The translations under genes were made by a program, and so were the position numbers. Positions 8,193 to 17,963 of a stretch of DNA of 23,581 nucleotides are shown here, in pieces. The notes beneath the pieces were generated by a model. That model saw only the letters and a list, made by a program, of their open reading frames with translations. It ran no database searches and had not been told where the DNA came from. The stretch is from a bacterium (GTDB lineage: Bacteria > Zhuqueibacterota > Zhuqueibacteria > Residuimicrobiales > Krinioviventaceae), in the NCBI GenBank assembly GCA_963674595.2, contig CAXXFV010000033.1, positions 1 through 23,581 on the forward strand, read 5' to 3'. Each line of letters starts with the position of its first letter. Within the stretch, counting starts at the first letter, position 1.

Positions 8193-9455
8193 TTGTCTGC
8201 TCTACACATCTTGTACGAAATATTAAAAAGCTCATACTCTTTATTATTGGCCATGTCGCCATATCTGCTTTTCGGATTTTTCTTTGCAGGGCTGCTGCAT
8301 CAATTTATTTCTGCAGAAAAAATTGCAAAACATCTTGGTAAAAACTCGTTCGGATCGGTTATTAAAGCGGCCCTGTTTGGAATTCCGTTACCATTATGCT
8401 CATGTGGTGTGCTGCCGCCGACAATGGCCCTGCGCAAAGCCGGGGCCGGACGTGGCGCCGTGCTTTCTTTTTTAATTGCCACACCAACAACCGGTATTGA
8501 TTCAATTTTTGCAACATACTCGCTTTTAGGACCTTTCTTTGCTGTTTATCGAGTCATTGCTACTTTTATCGCCGCCATATTCTCCGGCATAATGGCAAAT
8601 ATTACGGAGGCAAAAGATACTTTAACAAACTCGCCATCAGAATCAAAAGACTCGTTACAAACCATCCATTCAAGCTTTTGGCATAAACTCAAAAATATTT
8701 TTCATTACGCCTTTATAGAACTGGTTGGAGACATTAGCAAATGGCTGGTTATCGGAATTGTTATCGGCGGTATTATAAGCTATCTCCTGCCGGACAATTT
8801 TTTTCAAACCACAACAATATCCGGGTGGCAGGCGATCATGCTGATGATTATTGTTGGTGTGCCCCTTTATGTTTGCGCAACCGGCTCCATTCCGATTGCC
8901 GCAGCCTTGTTGTTAAAAGGTATTAATCCCGGCGCAGCTTTTGTTTTTCTCATTGTCGGTCCGGCAACAAATGCCGTGACATTGACCGTCATCGGCCGCT
9001 ACCTGGGCAAAAAAACGACAATAATTTATTTATCAACCCTGATTATAAGCAGCATCGGACTGGGCCTGCTTTTGGACTTTTTATGGGGCGCATTAAATAT
9101 TAATTTTTCTATTGCACAACATATGCAGCACCAGCTTTTACCGACATGGCTTGAGCAGGTATCCGCATGGGCACTCGTCGGGTTATTAATTTATACTTTA
9201 TATTCTTTTTATTCACAAAAATTTAAAACAACACCAATAACTACAGGACCTGGTATGAATACACAATTTTCAGTCAATGATATGACGTGTCAGCATTGCG
9301 TTATGACAGTAAAAAATGCTATTACAAGTATAAACGGAGTCAACGACGTTCAAATTGACCTTGCCAATAAAAAAGTTTTCGTTCAGCACGAGGACCAGGT
9401 TAAATTAAAGGACATAAAAGACCAAGTTAAAAATGCGGGTTATACACCAGATTGA
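8193..9455 (+). CDS. SO_0444-family (ArsP-like) Cu/Zn permease with C-terminal HMA/CopZ domain
   Basis: Repeated permease motifs GIPLPLCSCGVLP and GVPLYVCATGSIP, FLIATPTTG and FLIVGPATN, multiple TM segments, C-terminal MTCQHC heavy-metal-binding motif. Confidence 0.88.
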   Translation: MSALHILYEILKSSYSLLLAMSPYLLFGFFFAGLLHQFISAEKIAKHLGKNSFGSVIKAALFGIPLPLCSCGVLPPTMALRKAGAGRGAVLSFLIATPTTGIDSIFATYSLLGPFFAVYRVIATFIAAIFSGIMANITEAKDTLTNSPSESKDSLQTIHSSFWHKLKNIFHYAFIELVGDISKWLVIGIVIGGIISYLLPDNFFQTTTISGWQAIMLMIIVGVPLYVCATGSIPIAAALLLKGINPGAAFVFLIVGPATNAVTLTVIGRYLGKKTTIIYLSTLIISSIGLGLLLDFLWGALNINFSIAQHMQHQLLPTWLEQVSAWALVGLLIYTLYSFYSQKFKTTPITTGPGMNTQFSVNDMTCQHCVMTVKNAITSINGVNDVQIDLANKKVFVQHEDQVKLKDIKDQVKNAGYTPD

Positions 9456-9482
9456 CATAAATTGATTTATCGGAGCATTTTA

Positions 9483-10883
9483 ATGAAAACACGTATAGAA
9501 AAAGATTCCCTGGGCACTCTGAACGTCCCTGAAAACGCGCTTTACGGCGTTCAAACAGCCCGTGCTGTGGATAATTTTCCGATCAGCGGTTTAACGCCGC
9601 ATCCGGATTTTATCCGGGCAACAGCGGCGATTAAACTGGCGGCGGCAGTTGCAAACAAAGAACTCGGACTCGTCAGTAAAGACCGGGCAGACGCCATTGT
9701 ACAGGCCGCGCAGGAGATCATGGACGGCAAAATGCATGATCAATTTGTGGTGGATGTTTATCAGGCAGGCGCAGGCACATCGCACCACATGAATGCAAAC
9801 GAAGTCATAGCCAATCGTGCCATTGAAATATTGGGCGGCAAACGTGGAGATTATCACCTTGTTCACCCGAATGACCATGTCAATTTCGGTCAATCGACCA
9901 ACGACGTTTTCCCGACAGCCATGCGGCTGGCGATATTAAAAATGCTGCCCAAGTTGAACCAATCGCTTGAATCACTACAAACCGAATTTCAAAACAAGGG
10001 GCAGGAATTCGCAGATATTATTAAAAGCGGTCGGACACACTTGCAGGACGCCGTGCCCGTTACATTGGGACAAGAATTTCAGGCCTATAGCAACACAATA
10101 AAACATATTAAAAAACGAATCAATGATTCCGCAAACGACCTGCGTGTAGTGGGGATCGGCGGCAGCGCTGTCGGTACCGGATTAAATACACATCCCCAAT
10201 ATCGTTTTCAGGTTGTTAAAATTCTTTCCAAACTTTTGAACACACCGCTGGAGCCTGCCGAAAACCTGTTTGAAGCCATGCAAAGCCTGCGGCCGTTTTC
10301 CGCTATTTCAGGTGCGTTAAAAGAATCCGCACTGGAACTGGTGCGCATCGCCAACGACCTCCGTCTTTTAAGCTCCGGCCCCAATACCGGATTTCATGAA
10401 ATTGTGTTACCGCCGGTGCAGCCCGGTTCGTCCATCATGCCCGGCAAAGTCAACCCGGTGATGGCGGAAATGCTGAATATGGTCTGTTTTCAAATCATCG
10501 GTAACGATACGACCGTGTCCATGGCGGTCCAGGCAGGACAAATGGAACTGAATGTGATGATGCCGGTGGTCATTCATAATATTTTACATTCGATGGAGAT
10601 TTTAAAAAACGCCCTGAACGTATTTGCCCCCAAATGTATTTCCGGCATTACAGCCAAACCGGAAAACTGTAAAAAATATTTTGACAGGACCCTTGGTCTG
10701 GCAACGGTATTAAACGTAATTATTGGATATGAAAAAGCAGCAGAGGTGATGAAAAAGTCCCTGGCCCAGGGCAAAACAGTGCTGGAGATTATTGAAAAAG
10801 ACAAAATTCTGACACCCGAACAAATCCAAAAGCTCTTTTCAGCAGAAAAACTGACAAAACCGGGAGTGCCGGAGGTAGAATAA
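9483..10883 (+). CDS. aspA: Aspartate ammonia-lyase
   Basis: GSSIMPGKVNP signature, KSGRTHLQDA, QSTND, and aspartase-type QAGAGTSHHMNANE (class II fumarases have QTGSGTQ). GGAG RBS before ATG 9483. Confidence 0.88.
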   Translation: MKTRIEKDSLGTLNVPENALYGVQTARAVDNFPISGLTPHPDFIRATAAIKLAAAVANKELGLVSKDRADAIVQAAQEIMDGKMHDQFVVDVYQAGAGTSHHMNANEVIANRAIEILGGKRGDYHLVHPNDHVNFGQSTNDVFPTAMRLAILKMLPKLNQSLESLQTEFQNKGQEFADIIKSGRTHLQDAVPVTLGQEFQAYSNTIKHIKKRINDSANDLRVVGIGGSAVGTGLNTHPQYRFQVVKILSKLLNTPLEPAENLFEAMQSLRPFSAISGALKESALELVRIANDLRLLSSGPNTGFHEIVLPPVQPGSSIMPGKVNPVMAEMLNMVCFQIIGNDTTVSMAVQAGQMELNVMMPVVIHNILHSMEILKNALNVFAPKCISGITAKPENCKKYFDRTLGLATVLNVIIGYEKAAEVMKKSLAQGKTVLEIIEKDKILTPEQIQKLFSAEKLTKPGVPEVE

Positions 10884-10993
10884 TAACACTGATCTTTAGA
10901 GAGGTGTAATAATCGTCAAATCATCATACATAAATTCATATCAAATTGAACTAGTCGAGATTACAGATTTAGGTAAAAGATGAGTTTATTAAT

Positions 10994-11575
10994 ATGAGAA
11001 ACTACTCAGCAATAAATAAAATAATATTTTCTATAACCATTCTATATTCTTTCCTTTTCGTGAACTCAGCAAAATGCGGCACTGAATCCGATTCTCTTTC
11101 TGAAGCGCGAATTCTATTTTATGAGTGTGTAGAAAATAGCAAACTTATAGATAAAGCTATGTCTGTTTTTTCAAATATTGAAAAACATAAAGAACACAAA
11201 GGCGTTGCTAAAACCTATATTGGTGCATTAATAGCGCTTAAAGGCAAGTTTGCGTTTTTTCCAATTAAAAAATTAAAATTCGTAAATAAAGGTTTAAAAA
11301 TTATGGATGAAGGAGTTGCTTTAAATCCTTATAATATTGAAGCGCGGTATATTCGTGGAATGACATGTTATTATCTTCCATTTTTTTTCAACCGTAAAGA
11401 AACTGTGAAACAAGATTTTACAACAATTGCTCAACTGTTAGATTCTACTTATAATCTCTATGATTCTCAAATTATTGTGAACGTCATCAACTTTATGCTG
11501 GATAACATTGAACTAAATTCGGAAAATGTACAAAGCCTAAAAAAAACTAAACAATTATTAAAAAATGAACAGTGA
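10994..11575 (+). CDS. Hypothetical exported helical (TPR-like) protein, first gene of the carotenoid operon
   Basis: Intact 193-aa ORF with a signal-peptide-like N-terminus and a TPR-like segment KGLKIMDEGVALNPYNIEARYIRG. Its stop overlaps the cyclase start. Confidence 0.75.
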   Translation: MRNYSAINKIIFSITILYSFLFVNSAKCGTESDSLSEARILFYECVENSKLIDKAMSVFSNIEKHKEHKGVAKTYIGALIALKGKFAFFPIKKLKFVNKGLKIMDEGVALNPYNIEARYIRGMTCYYLPFFFNRKETVKQDFTTIAQLLDSTYNLYDSQIIVNVINFMLDNIELNSENVQSLKKTKQLLKNEQ

Positions 11576-12242
11576 ATATATTTTGTTAAACGTTCTTATT
11601 TTCATTGGCCCGCTTGCATTGAGCTTTGAACGCCGCATACGCTTCCTTCAATATTGGCCAAAAGTATTTCTTAGTATTGGAATTGTTATGATCCCATTTT
11701 TATTATGGGATGTTTTAGTAAGCGGCGCACATTGGCATTTCAATGAGGCTTATACATTACCTTATCGAATTTTAAAACTCCCAATTGGCGAGTGGCTTTT
11801 TTTTATCACTGTGCCATTTTCTTGCTTGTTCGTCTGGCAAATTATTGTTACAGATACAAAAAATGCATTTTTACAAAAAAAAATTTTTTTATATGATGTT
11901 ATGGTGCTTGCAAGCATTGCTTTTTTTGTGTTGTTTTTTTTGGGCAAAACATACACATCTTTGGTCTGCCTTGCAACGGCTATTACAATCGTCTTGGATT
12001 TTATATTAAAAACCAACATCCTTTCTCAAAAACGAACATATTTGTTTTTAGGAATTATTACAATTTTGGTTTTTATCTTTAATGGATATTTAACTATTCG
12101 CCCTGTCGTTTTCTACAATCCAGTTTATTTTTCAAATATCAGAATCTTGACTGTTCCAATTGAAGATTTTTTCTATGGATATACATTAATACTGTTATCT
12201 ATAATTATTTTTGAAAGATTAAAAGGTTTTACCAATGATTAA
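11565..12242 (+). CDS. crtY: Membrane lycopene cyclase, fused two-domain CrtYcd type
   Basis: Hydrophobic 225 aa with two repeats: PFLLWD...WHFNEAY...LPIGEWLFF and IFNGYLT.RPVVFYN...VPIEDFFY (PxE(E/D) motif of CrtYc/Yd cyclases). Carotenoid gene context. Confidence 0.88.
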   Translation: MNSEYILLNVLIFIGPLALSFERRIRFLQYWPKVFLSIGIVMIPFLLWDVLVSGAHWHFNEAYTLPYRILKLPIGEWLFFITVPFSCLFVWQIIVTDTKNAFLQKKIFLYDVMVLASIAFFVLFFLGKTYTSLVCLATAITIVLDFILKTNILSQKRTYLFLGIITILVFIFNGYLTIRPVVFYNPVYFSNIRILTVPIEDFFYGYTLILLSIIIFERLKGFTND

Positions 12243-13716
12243 AAAAGTCATTGTCATTGGTGGAGGTGTTGGTGGATTGTGCGGTGCTATAAGATTAGCA
12301 AAACTTGGATTCGACGTTCATCTTTATGAAAAGAATGAACATCTCGGTGGTAAGATGGGACAAATCAAGCAAAATGGTTTTACGTTTGATACGGGCCCCA
12401 CTCTGGTTACCATGCCATTTGTCATTGAAGATTTGTTCAATTTTGTTGATTCAGATATTAATCAATATATAAAACTTGTTCCGATTGATCCAATCTGTCG
12501 CTACTTTTTTAAAGGCAAAAAACCATTTGATGCAAGTTCTTGTTTTGAAACTATGCAGAACAATATCAAAGAGGTTTTTAACGCTGAAACTGAGAATTAT
12601 TCAAATTTTTTAAAATATACTAAAAGCATCTACAAACATACTGCTGATGTATTCATCTTCTCTCCAATCCACGAAGTTCAAAAAATTTTAACCTGGCGAC
12701 ATTTACCAAAACTATTTACACTATATCAAATCGATCCGTTTAGAACAGTACATCAATCAGTCAAACGATTCTTTACCGATCCGCATCTGATTCAGCTTTT
12801 TGATCGTTATCCAACATACAATGGTTCAGATCCCTATCGAGCTCCAGCAACGCTTAATGTTATCCCTTATGTTGAATTAGGCCTAGGAGGATTTTATATC
12901 GATGGAGGACTCTACAGACTCACCGAGTCGCTGGAAAAAATTGCAAAGCAGTTGAATATAACAATAAATAAAGGAATTCGCGTTGAACAATTAATACATT
13001 CAAACAAGAGAGTTAAAGGAATAAGCGTTCAGGGAGAAAAGTTAGATGCAGACGTCATACTGTGCAACAGCGATGTTGTCGTCACCCATAATAAACTTCT
13101 TAAGGATTTCTCCAAAACGACAAAAAGGTTAAATTCGCTTGAGCCATCGCTCTCGGGCATGACATTTTTCTGGGGAGTTGAAGGTCAATACCCACAATTA
13201 AAGCAACACAATATTATTTTTTCTGAAGACTATAAAAATGAATTCAAACAGATTTTTAATGAATTTTCTACGCCAACCGATCCAACAATTTACATTTCGA
13301 TTTCATCAAAACACGATAAGAACCATGCGCCTTTGGGATTCGAAAACTGGTTTGTGTTAATAAATATGCCATATCTAAATAATAATCAATGTTGGGATTC
13401 TGCGTTAATAGATCAGATTCGCTTGAAAGTAGTTGAAAAATTAAAACGATTTGGAATTGATATTGAAGGAAAAATTAAAAGTGAAACGACAATGACACCG
13501 CTGGATATTGCCAATTACTACGAGAGTAATCAAGGCAGTATTTATGGCATATCTTCAAACACGATGAACTCAGCGTTTAAAAGACCAGCCAATCGAAGCC
13601 ATCAACTGCGCGGACTATATTTTACTGGCGGTTCAACTCACCCTGGCGGCGGTGTACCCATGTGTATGCTTTCCAGCAAAATTGCCGCTGATTTGATTGA
13701 TGAGTATGAACGGTAA
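12235..13716 (+). CDS. crtD: Phytoene desaturase-family oxidoreductase, most like 1'-hydroxycarotenoid 3',4'-desaturase CrtD
   Basis: GGGVGG FAD motif, FTFDTGPT, QLFDRYPTYNGSDPY (RYxTYNGS recalled from Bacteroidota-type CrtD), C-terminal GLYFTGGSTHPGGGVP. It is the second desaturase, alongside crtI and a hydratase. Confidence 0.65.
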   Translation: MIKKVIVIGGGVGGLCGAIRLAKLGFDVHLYEKNEHLGGKMGQIKQNGFTFDTGPTLVTMPFVIEDLFNFVDSDINQYIKLVPIDPICRYFFKGKKPFDASSCFETMQNNIKEVFNAETENYSNFLKYTKSIYKHTADVFIFSPIHEVQKILTWRHLPKLFTLYQIDPFRTVHQSVKRFFTDPHLIQLFDRYPTYNGSDPYRAPATLNVIPYVELGLGGFYIDGGLYRLTESLEKIAKQLNITINKGIRVEQLIHSNKRVKGISVQGEKLDADVILCNSDVVVTHNKLLKDFSKTTKRLNSLEPSLSGMTFFWGVEGQYPQLKQHNIIFSEDYKNEFKQIFNEFSTPTDPTIYISISSKHDKNHAPLGFENWFVLINMPYLNNNQCWDSALIDQIRLKVVEKLKRFGIDIEGKIKSETTMTPLDIANYYESNQGSIYGISSNTMNSAFKRPANRSHQLRGLYFTGGSTHPGGGVPMCMLSSKIAADLIDEYER

Positions 13717-13762
13717 TTCCCGGAATTGTATTAACACATGAAAGAGAAAAGGACAAAAATCA

Positions 13763-15235
13763 GTGAAAAAAATAGCAATAATTGGCTCAGGTTTTGGTGG
13801 GCTTGCATTAGGTATTCGATTGCAGGCGCGTGGATATCAGGTTTCTATTTTTGAAAAAAACAGCAAAATTGGCGGTCATGCTTATCCCCTTGAGAAAAAC
13901 GGATACAAATTTGATATGGGTCCCTCGCTTATTACTGCCACAGAAATATTTCAGCGTTTGTTTCAAACCATGGGGCATGATCTATTTAATGATGTAGAAA
14001 TGATCAGTCTAAATCCCCTATACCGAATATATTTTCACGACCAATCTTACATCGATTATTCAAGTGATTCAGAAAAGATGATTCAGCAAATTGCCACGTT
14101 CAATAAAAAAGACGCTCAAAACTATAATCGTTTTATAAAAGCCTCAAAAAAAATCCATGATGTGGTGATAAAAGAAGGCGAAGGCACAAAACCGTTTATG
14201 ACACCGTGGAGTATGCTCCGGTTTGCGCCCCGCGCCATTAGGATGAATGCGCTGGTTTCAACATATCAATTTGCCTGTCAATATTTTAAAGATCCGCGAA
14301 TTCAATTTGTGTTCAGTTTTCATCCGTTATTTATTGGAGGCAATCCATTTCGCGCCCCAGCGATCTACGAGATGATCCCCTATCTTGAAAAAACAGGCGG
14401 CGTATGGTACAGCAAAGGCGGTATGTATTCGCTGATTGAGGCAATGGGAGCTTTATTCAAGAAGGCTGGCGGAAAGCTATTCGTCAATTCCGAAGTTTCA
14501 AAAATAATGGTTAACAACCGGAAAGCCACTGGCGTGCGAGTGGGTACAGATACGTTTGAAGCTGATTCTGTTGTTTCAAATGCTGATTTTATTCATACAT
14601 ATCATGATTTGATTTCAACGGAGCATAGAAGAAAGTGGAACAATAAAAAACTCAAACGTCTTCATTACTCAATGAGTGCATTTTTGCTTTATATTGGTGT
14701 TCAAAAAAAATATCCACAATTACTCCATCATACCTTGATTCTATCACACCGTTACAAACCATTAATCCAGGATATTTTTGATAATCATGTATTACCAGAC
14801 GATTTTTCAATGTACCTGCATACCCCATCGCGTACTGATCCATCTATGGCGCCTGAAAATTGTGAGAGTATGTATGTGCTAATCCCGGTTACCAACCTTC
14901 AAAGCGAAGTCGATTGGGAAAAATTGAAAAATAATTACGCTGAAAAAATATTGAACTTCCTTGAATATAAATTTGGACTGGATGATCTGAAAAATTCAAT
15001 TAAAGTCATGCAAATCTATACACCAGAAGATTTCAAAAAGAAACAAAATGCTTTTTATGGCAGCGCCTGGGGCGTTGAACCACGGCTTTCTCAAACAGCC
15101 TATTTTAGACCTCATAATAAAAGTGAAGATATTAAAAATTTATATCTTGTCGGTACAAGTACGCATCCGGGTGCTGGTTTACCAGGCTGCCTGCTGACAG
15201 CGGAAACAACAGAATCAATAATAATAAAAGAGTAA
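13763..15235 (+). CDS. crtI: Phytoene desaturase
   Basis: IIGSGFGGLALGIRLQARG, FDMGPSLIT, FSFHPLFIGGNPF, QTAYFRPHN and NLYLVGTSTHPGAGLPG are canonical CrtI motifs. GTG start. Confidence 0.93.
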   Translation: MKKIAIIGSGFGGLALGIRLQARGYQVSIFEKNSKIGGHAYPLEKNGYKFDMGPSLITATEIFQRLFQTMGHDLFNDVEMISLNPLYRIYFHDQSYIDYSSDSEKMIQQIATFNKKDAQNYNRFIKASKKIHDVVIKEGEGTKPFMTPWSMLRFAPRAIRMNALVSTYQFACQYFKDPRIQFVFSFHPLFIGGNPFRAPAIYEMIPYLEKTGGVWYSKGGMYSLIEAMGALFKKAGGKLFVNSEVSKIMVNNRKATGVRVGTDTFEADSVVSNADFIHTYHDLISTEHRRKWNNKKLKRLHYSMSAFLLYIGVQKKYPQLLHHTLILSHRYKPLIQDIFDNHVLPDDFSMYLHTPSRTDPSMAPENCESMYVLIPVTNLQSEVDWEKLKNNYAEKILNFLEYKFGLDDLKNSIKVMQIYTPEDFKKKQNAFYGSAWGVEPRLSQTAYFRPHNKSEDIKNLYLVGTSTHPGAGLPGCLLTAETTESIIIKE

Positions 15236-15241
15236 TATATT

Positions 15242-16126
15242 ATGAACAGAGAATTGGAACTGGGTTACGCCTATAATAAACAAATTCTCAAATTCTATTC
15301 TAAAAGCTTCTATCTTTCAACTTTGTTGCTGCCTTCGAAAAAACGCAAAGAGGTTTTCGCGTTGTATGGTTTTTGCAGGTTTGTTGATAATCTTGTGGAT
15401 AAATCAAGAAACCGATCAAAGCAAGAGCTTATAAATGAACTTAACTGCCTTGCAGAAGAATTAAAAGTTGCATATCGCAGTGGAGCTTCGGAACATCCGG
15501 TGTTTTCGTCCTTTATTGATATCGCATTAACACATAATATCCCTATTGAATATCCATTGGATTTGATTAAAGGAATGTTGATGGATGTAAAACAGTATAA
15601 TTACCAAAATTATGATGAACTCTATTTATTTTGTTATCGGGTCGCTGGCGTCGTTGGACTGATGATGACGCATATTATCGGATATGAAGATGAGAAGGCC
15701 TTTAAATACGCATCAAAACTTGGAATAGCGATGCAACTGACAAACATTTTACGTGATGTTCAGGAAGATAAAAATAATGGCAGAATCTATCTGCCAACGG
15801 ATGAAAGAAAGCGTTTTAATGTGAAAGAATCAGACTTGTATGATGAAAATATGTCGCTAAATTTAAAAGAGTTGATGAAATTTTCCGCTGATCGCGCTCA
15901 TAAATATTATGAAGAAGCAATGCCAGGCATTGACATGCTGAAGAAAGATTGTCAGTTTGCAATCTATTCAGCAGCTGATATTTACCGCTACATTTTAAAT
16001 GAAATCAGAATTAATGATTATAATCCATTCAAAGGAAGATGTTATGTAACTCAGTCTAAAAAGATGCAGATCATCTTTTCTAATTATTTTAAAATAAAGT
16101 TGAACATTCAGAACGGCAAACAATGA
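15242..16126 (+). CDS. crtB: Phytoene synthase
   Basis: SKSFY, LYGFCRFVDNLVD, CYRVAGVVGLM, LGIAMQLTNILRDVQED and GRIYLP. Confidence 0.95.
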   Translation: MNRELELGYAYNKQILKFYSKSFYLSTLLLPSKKRKEVFALYGFCRFVDNLVDKSRNRSKQELINELNCLAEELKVAYRSGASEHPVFSSFIDIALTHNIPIEYPLDLIKGMLMDVKQYNYQNYDELYLFCYRVAGVVGLMMTHIIGYEDEKAFKYASKLGIAMQLTNILRDVQEDKNNGRIYLPTDERKRFNVKESDLYDENMSLNLKELMKFSADRAHKYYEEAMPGIDMLKKDCQFAIYSAADIYRYILNEIRINDYNPFKGRCYVTQSKKMQIIFSNYFKIKLNIQNGKQ

Positions 16127-16845
16127 TACATGCTGATCATAGAAAATGGGCGGATTTTATTTTCAAATTTTACCTGAATCGACTGTTCAAACACCATTTT
16201 CATGCTATTCATTTAATGGGGCCTGTACCTCAGTTTGATAAACAAAAACCAATTTTAATGCTGCCTAATCACAGTACATGGTGGGATGGATTCTTTTTTT
16301 ATTTGTTGAATAAAAATGTTTATAAACGAAAAATGTTCCTGATGATGCTTGAGGAGCAGCTTGAGAAAAATAAATTTTTCAGACGGCTTGGCGCTTTTTC
16401 AGTTAACGGTGGGTCAGTGAAAGAGTTGAGAGCTTTTTTAAAATATACAACTGCGGTTTTGAATAACTCTATCGAGCCTGTTTTGATGTGCATATTTCCA
16501 CAAGGTGAATTACAGCCATGGAATACACGGCCTTTAAAGTTCAAAAGAGGCCTTGAACTTATCTTGAACATTATTAATTCAAAAGTTACGCTCTGCTATC
16601 TCGGAATAAAAGTTGAATTTCTTAATGAACAGCGTCCGGATGTTTTTCTTGAAATATCTCCTGAAATAGAATTTGATAAAAAGAATCTGCTGCTAATAAA
16701 AAACCTTGAAACTTCATTTAATTTATTCATCAATCAAATGGAAAAAAAAATTGTGAATGGGGAAAGAGGCTCCGTTATTATTCAAGGGAAAAAATCAGTT
16801 AACCAAACTTTTGAGGATTTTTGGAAAAAAGGAGCCAGGTTATGA
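16123..16845 (+). CDS. cruD: PlsC-family acyltransferase, CruD-like carotenoid-glycoside acyltransferase
   Basis: PNHSTWWDG (HxxxxD), FFRRLGAFSV and IFPQG motifs. ATGA-coupled between crtB and the glycosyltransferase. Confidence 0.75.
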   Translation: MIHADHRKWADFIFKFYLNRLFKHHFHAIHLMGPVPQFDKQKPILMLPNHSTWWDGFFFYLLNKNVYKRKMFLMMLEEQLEKNKFFRRLGAFSVNGGSVKELRAFLKYTTAVLNNSIEPVLMCIFPQGELQPWNTRPLKFKRGLELILNIINSKVTLCYLGIKVEFLNEQRPDVFLEISPEIEFDKKNLLLIKNLETSFNLFINQMEKKIVNGERGSVIIQGKKSVNQTFEDFWKKGARL

Positions 16846-17963
16846 TGGTTTTATGTTATGTCATAATTTTTTTTCTTTTTATTGTATTAATAACAACGGT
16901 GTTTAATGCATTCTCCGCTCCAATGTTAAAAAATGGCCCAATACCTAAAAATCAACCATTGGTCTCAGTTCTCATTCCCGTGCGAAATGAGGCTCAAAAT
17001 ATAGAAGGCTGCCTTACATCACTATTAAAGCAGGATTACCCTAATTTTGAAATATTGGTTTTAGATGATGGGTCTTCGGACGATACTGTGGAAATTATTC
17101 ATAAAGTAAAAGAAGACAAGCGAATTCAATATCTGGAAGGTAAAGAATTACCTAAAGGTTGGACAGGGAAAAATTATGCCTGTCATCAATTGAGTAAACA
17201 GGCAAACGGTGATATATTAATTTTTACGGATGCAGATAATCGTTACACTGAAACTGCGATTTCGAAAACAATCGGCTGGATGCAAAAATTAGAACTTGAT
17301 TTGTTCTCAACATTTCCCCAACAACTTACTCTTACTTTGGGTGAAAAACTTGTTGTGCCATCAGTTTACATGACTGTTTACTGCTATCTTCCATTGTGGT
17401 TAACATACATATTACCTTCCCCTTCACTGGCTGCCGCGAACGGTCAGTGGATTGCCTTTAAAAATGATAGCTATCAAAAGCTTGGCGGGCACGAGAAAGC
17501 AAAGAATCAGATAGTAGAAGACACCTGGCTTACCCGACATGCTAAAACACTTAAGATGAAAACGATAACAGCCGCTGGGACGGGAGAAGTTTTTGGACGA
17601 ATGTATAAAAATTGGGATGAAGTTTGGCAAGGATTCTCAAAAAATTTATTTGGTTTGATGAACTATAAACTGGTTGCTTTTATTTTTTTATTGTTATTCA
17701 TGTTCATTAGTTATGTAGCGCCATATTTTTTGATAGTTTTCCCTTCAATAGTTGTTTGCGCAGGAATTAGTATTATTATAAATATTGTGATACGTTTGAT
17801 CTTAACGGTTAAATATAAAGATCCAATCATCACTGTTTTACTTCATCCTTTGGCAATAATTCTTACGATCCTTATCGGTATCAATTCAATACGTATCTTT
17901 AATTCACCAAATCTGAAATGGAAAGGACGCACGATTTTTATAAATGAAAACGAAAATATTTGA
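16842..17963 (+). CDS. cruC: GT2 glycosyltransferase, CruC/CrtQ-like hydroxycarotenoid glycosyltransferase
   Basis: VSVLIPVRNE, LDDGSSD, LPKGWTGKNYAC, FTDAD, AANGQ, GGHE, IVED, RMY..W..VWQGFSKN and terminal WKGR, with N- and C-terminal TM helices. Confidence 0.8.
   Translation: MMVLCYVIIFFLFIVLITTVFNAFSAPMLKNGPIPKNQPLVSVLIPVRNEAQNIEGCLTSLLKQDYPNFEILVLDDGSSDDTVEIIHKVKEDKRIQYLEGKELPKGWTGKNYACHQLSKQANGDILIFTDADNRYTETAISKTIGWMQKLELDLFSTFPQQLTLTLGEKLVVPSVYMTVYCYLPLWLTYILPSPSLAAANGQWIAFKNDSYQKLGGHEKAKNQIVEDTWLTRHAKTLKMKTITAAGTGEVFGRMYKNWDEVWQGFSKNLFGLMNYKLVAFIFLLLFMFISYVAPYFLIVFPSIVVCAGISIIINIVIRLILTVKYKDPIITVLLHPLAIILTILIGINSIRIFNSPNLKWKGRTIFINENENI

Noticed and set aside
12235-17963. C30 staphyloxanthin-type pathway (crtM/N/P/Q/O)
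   Set aside because: Two desaturases plus glycosyl- and acyltransferase fit superficially, but the lycopene cyclase, canonical CrtI motifs and the CrtD-like RYxTYNGS motif favour a C40 monocyclic product.
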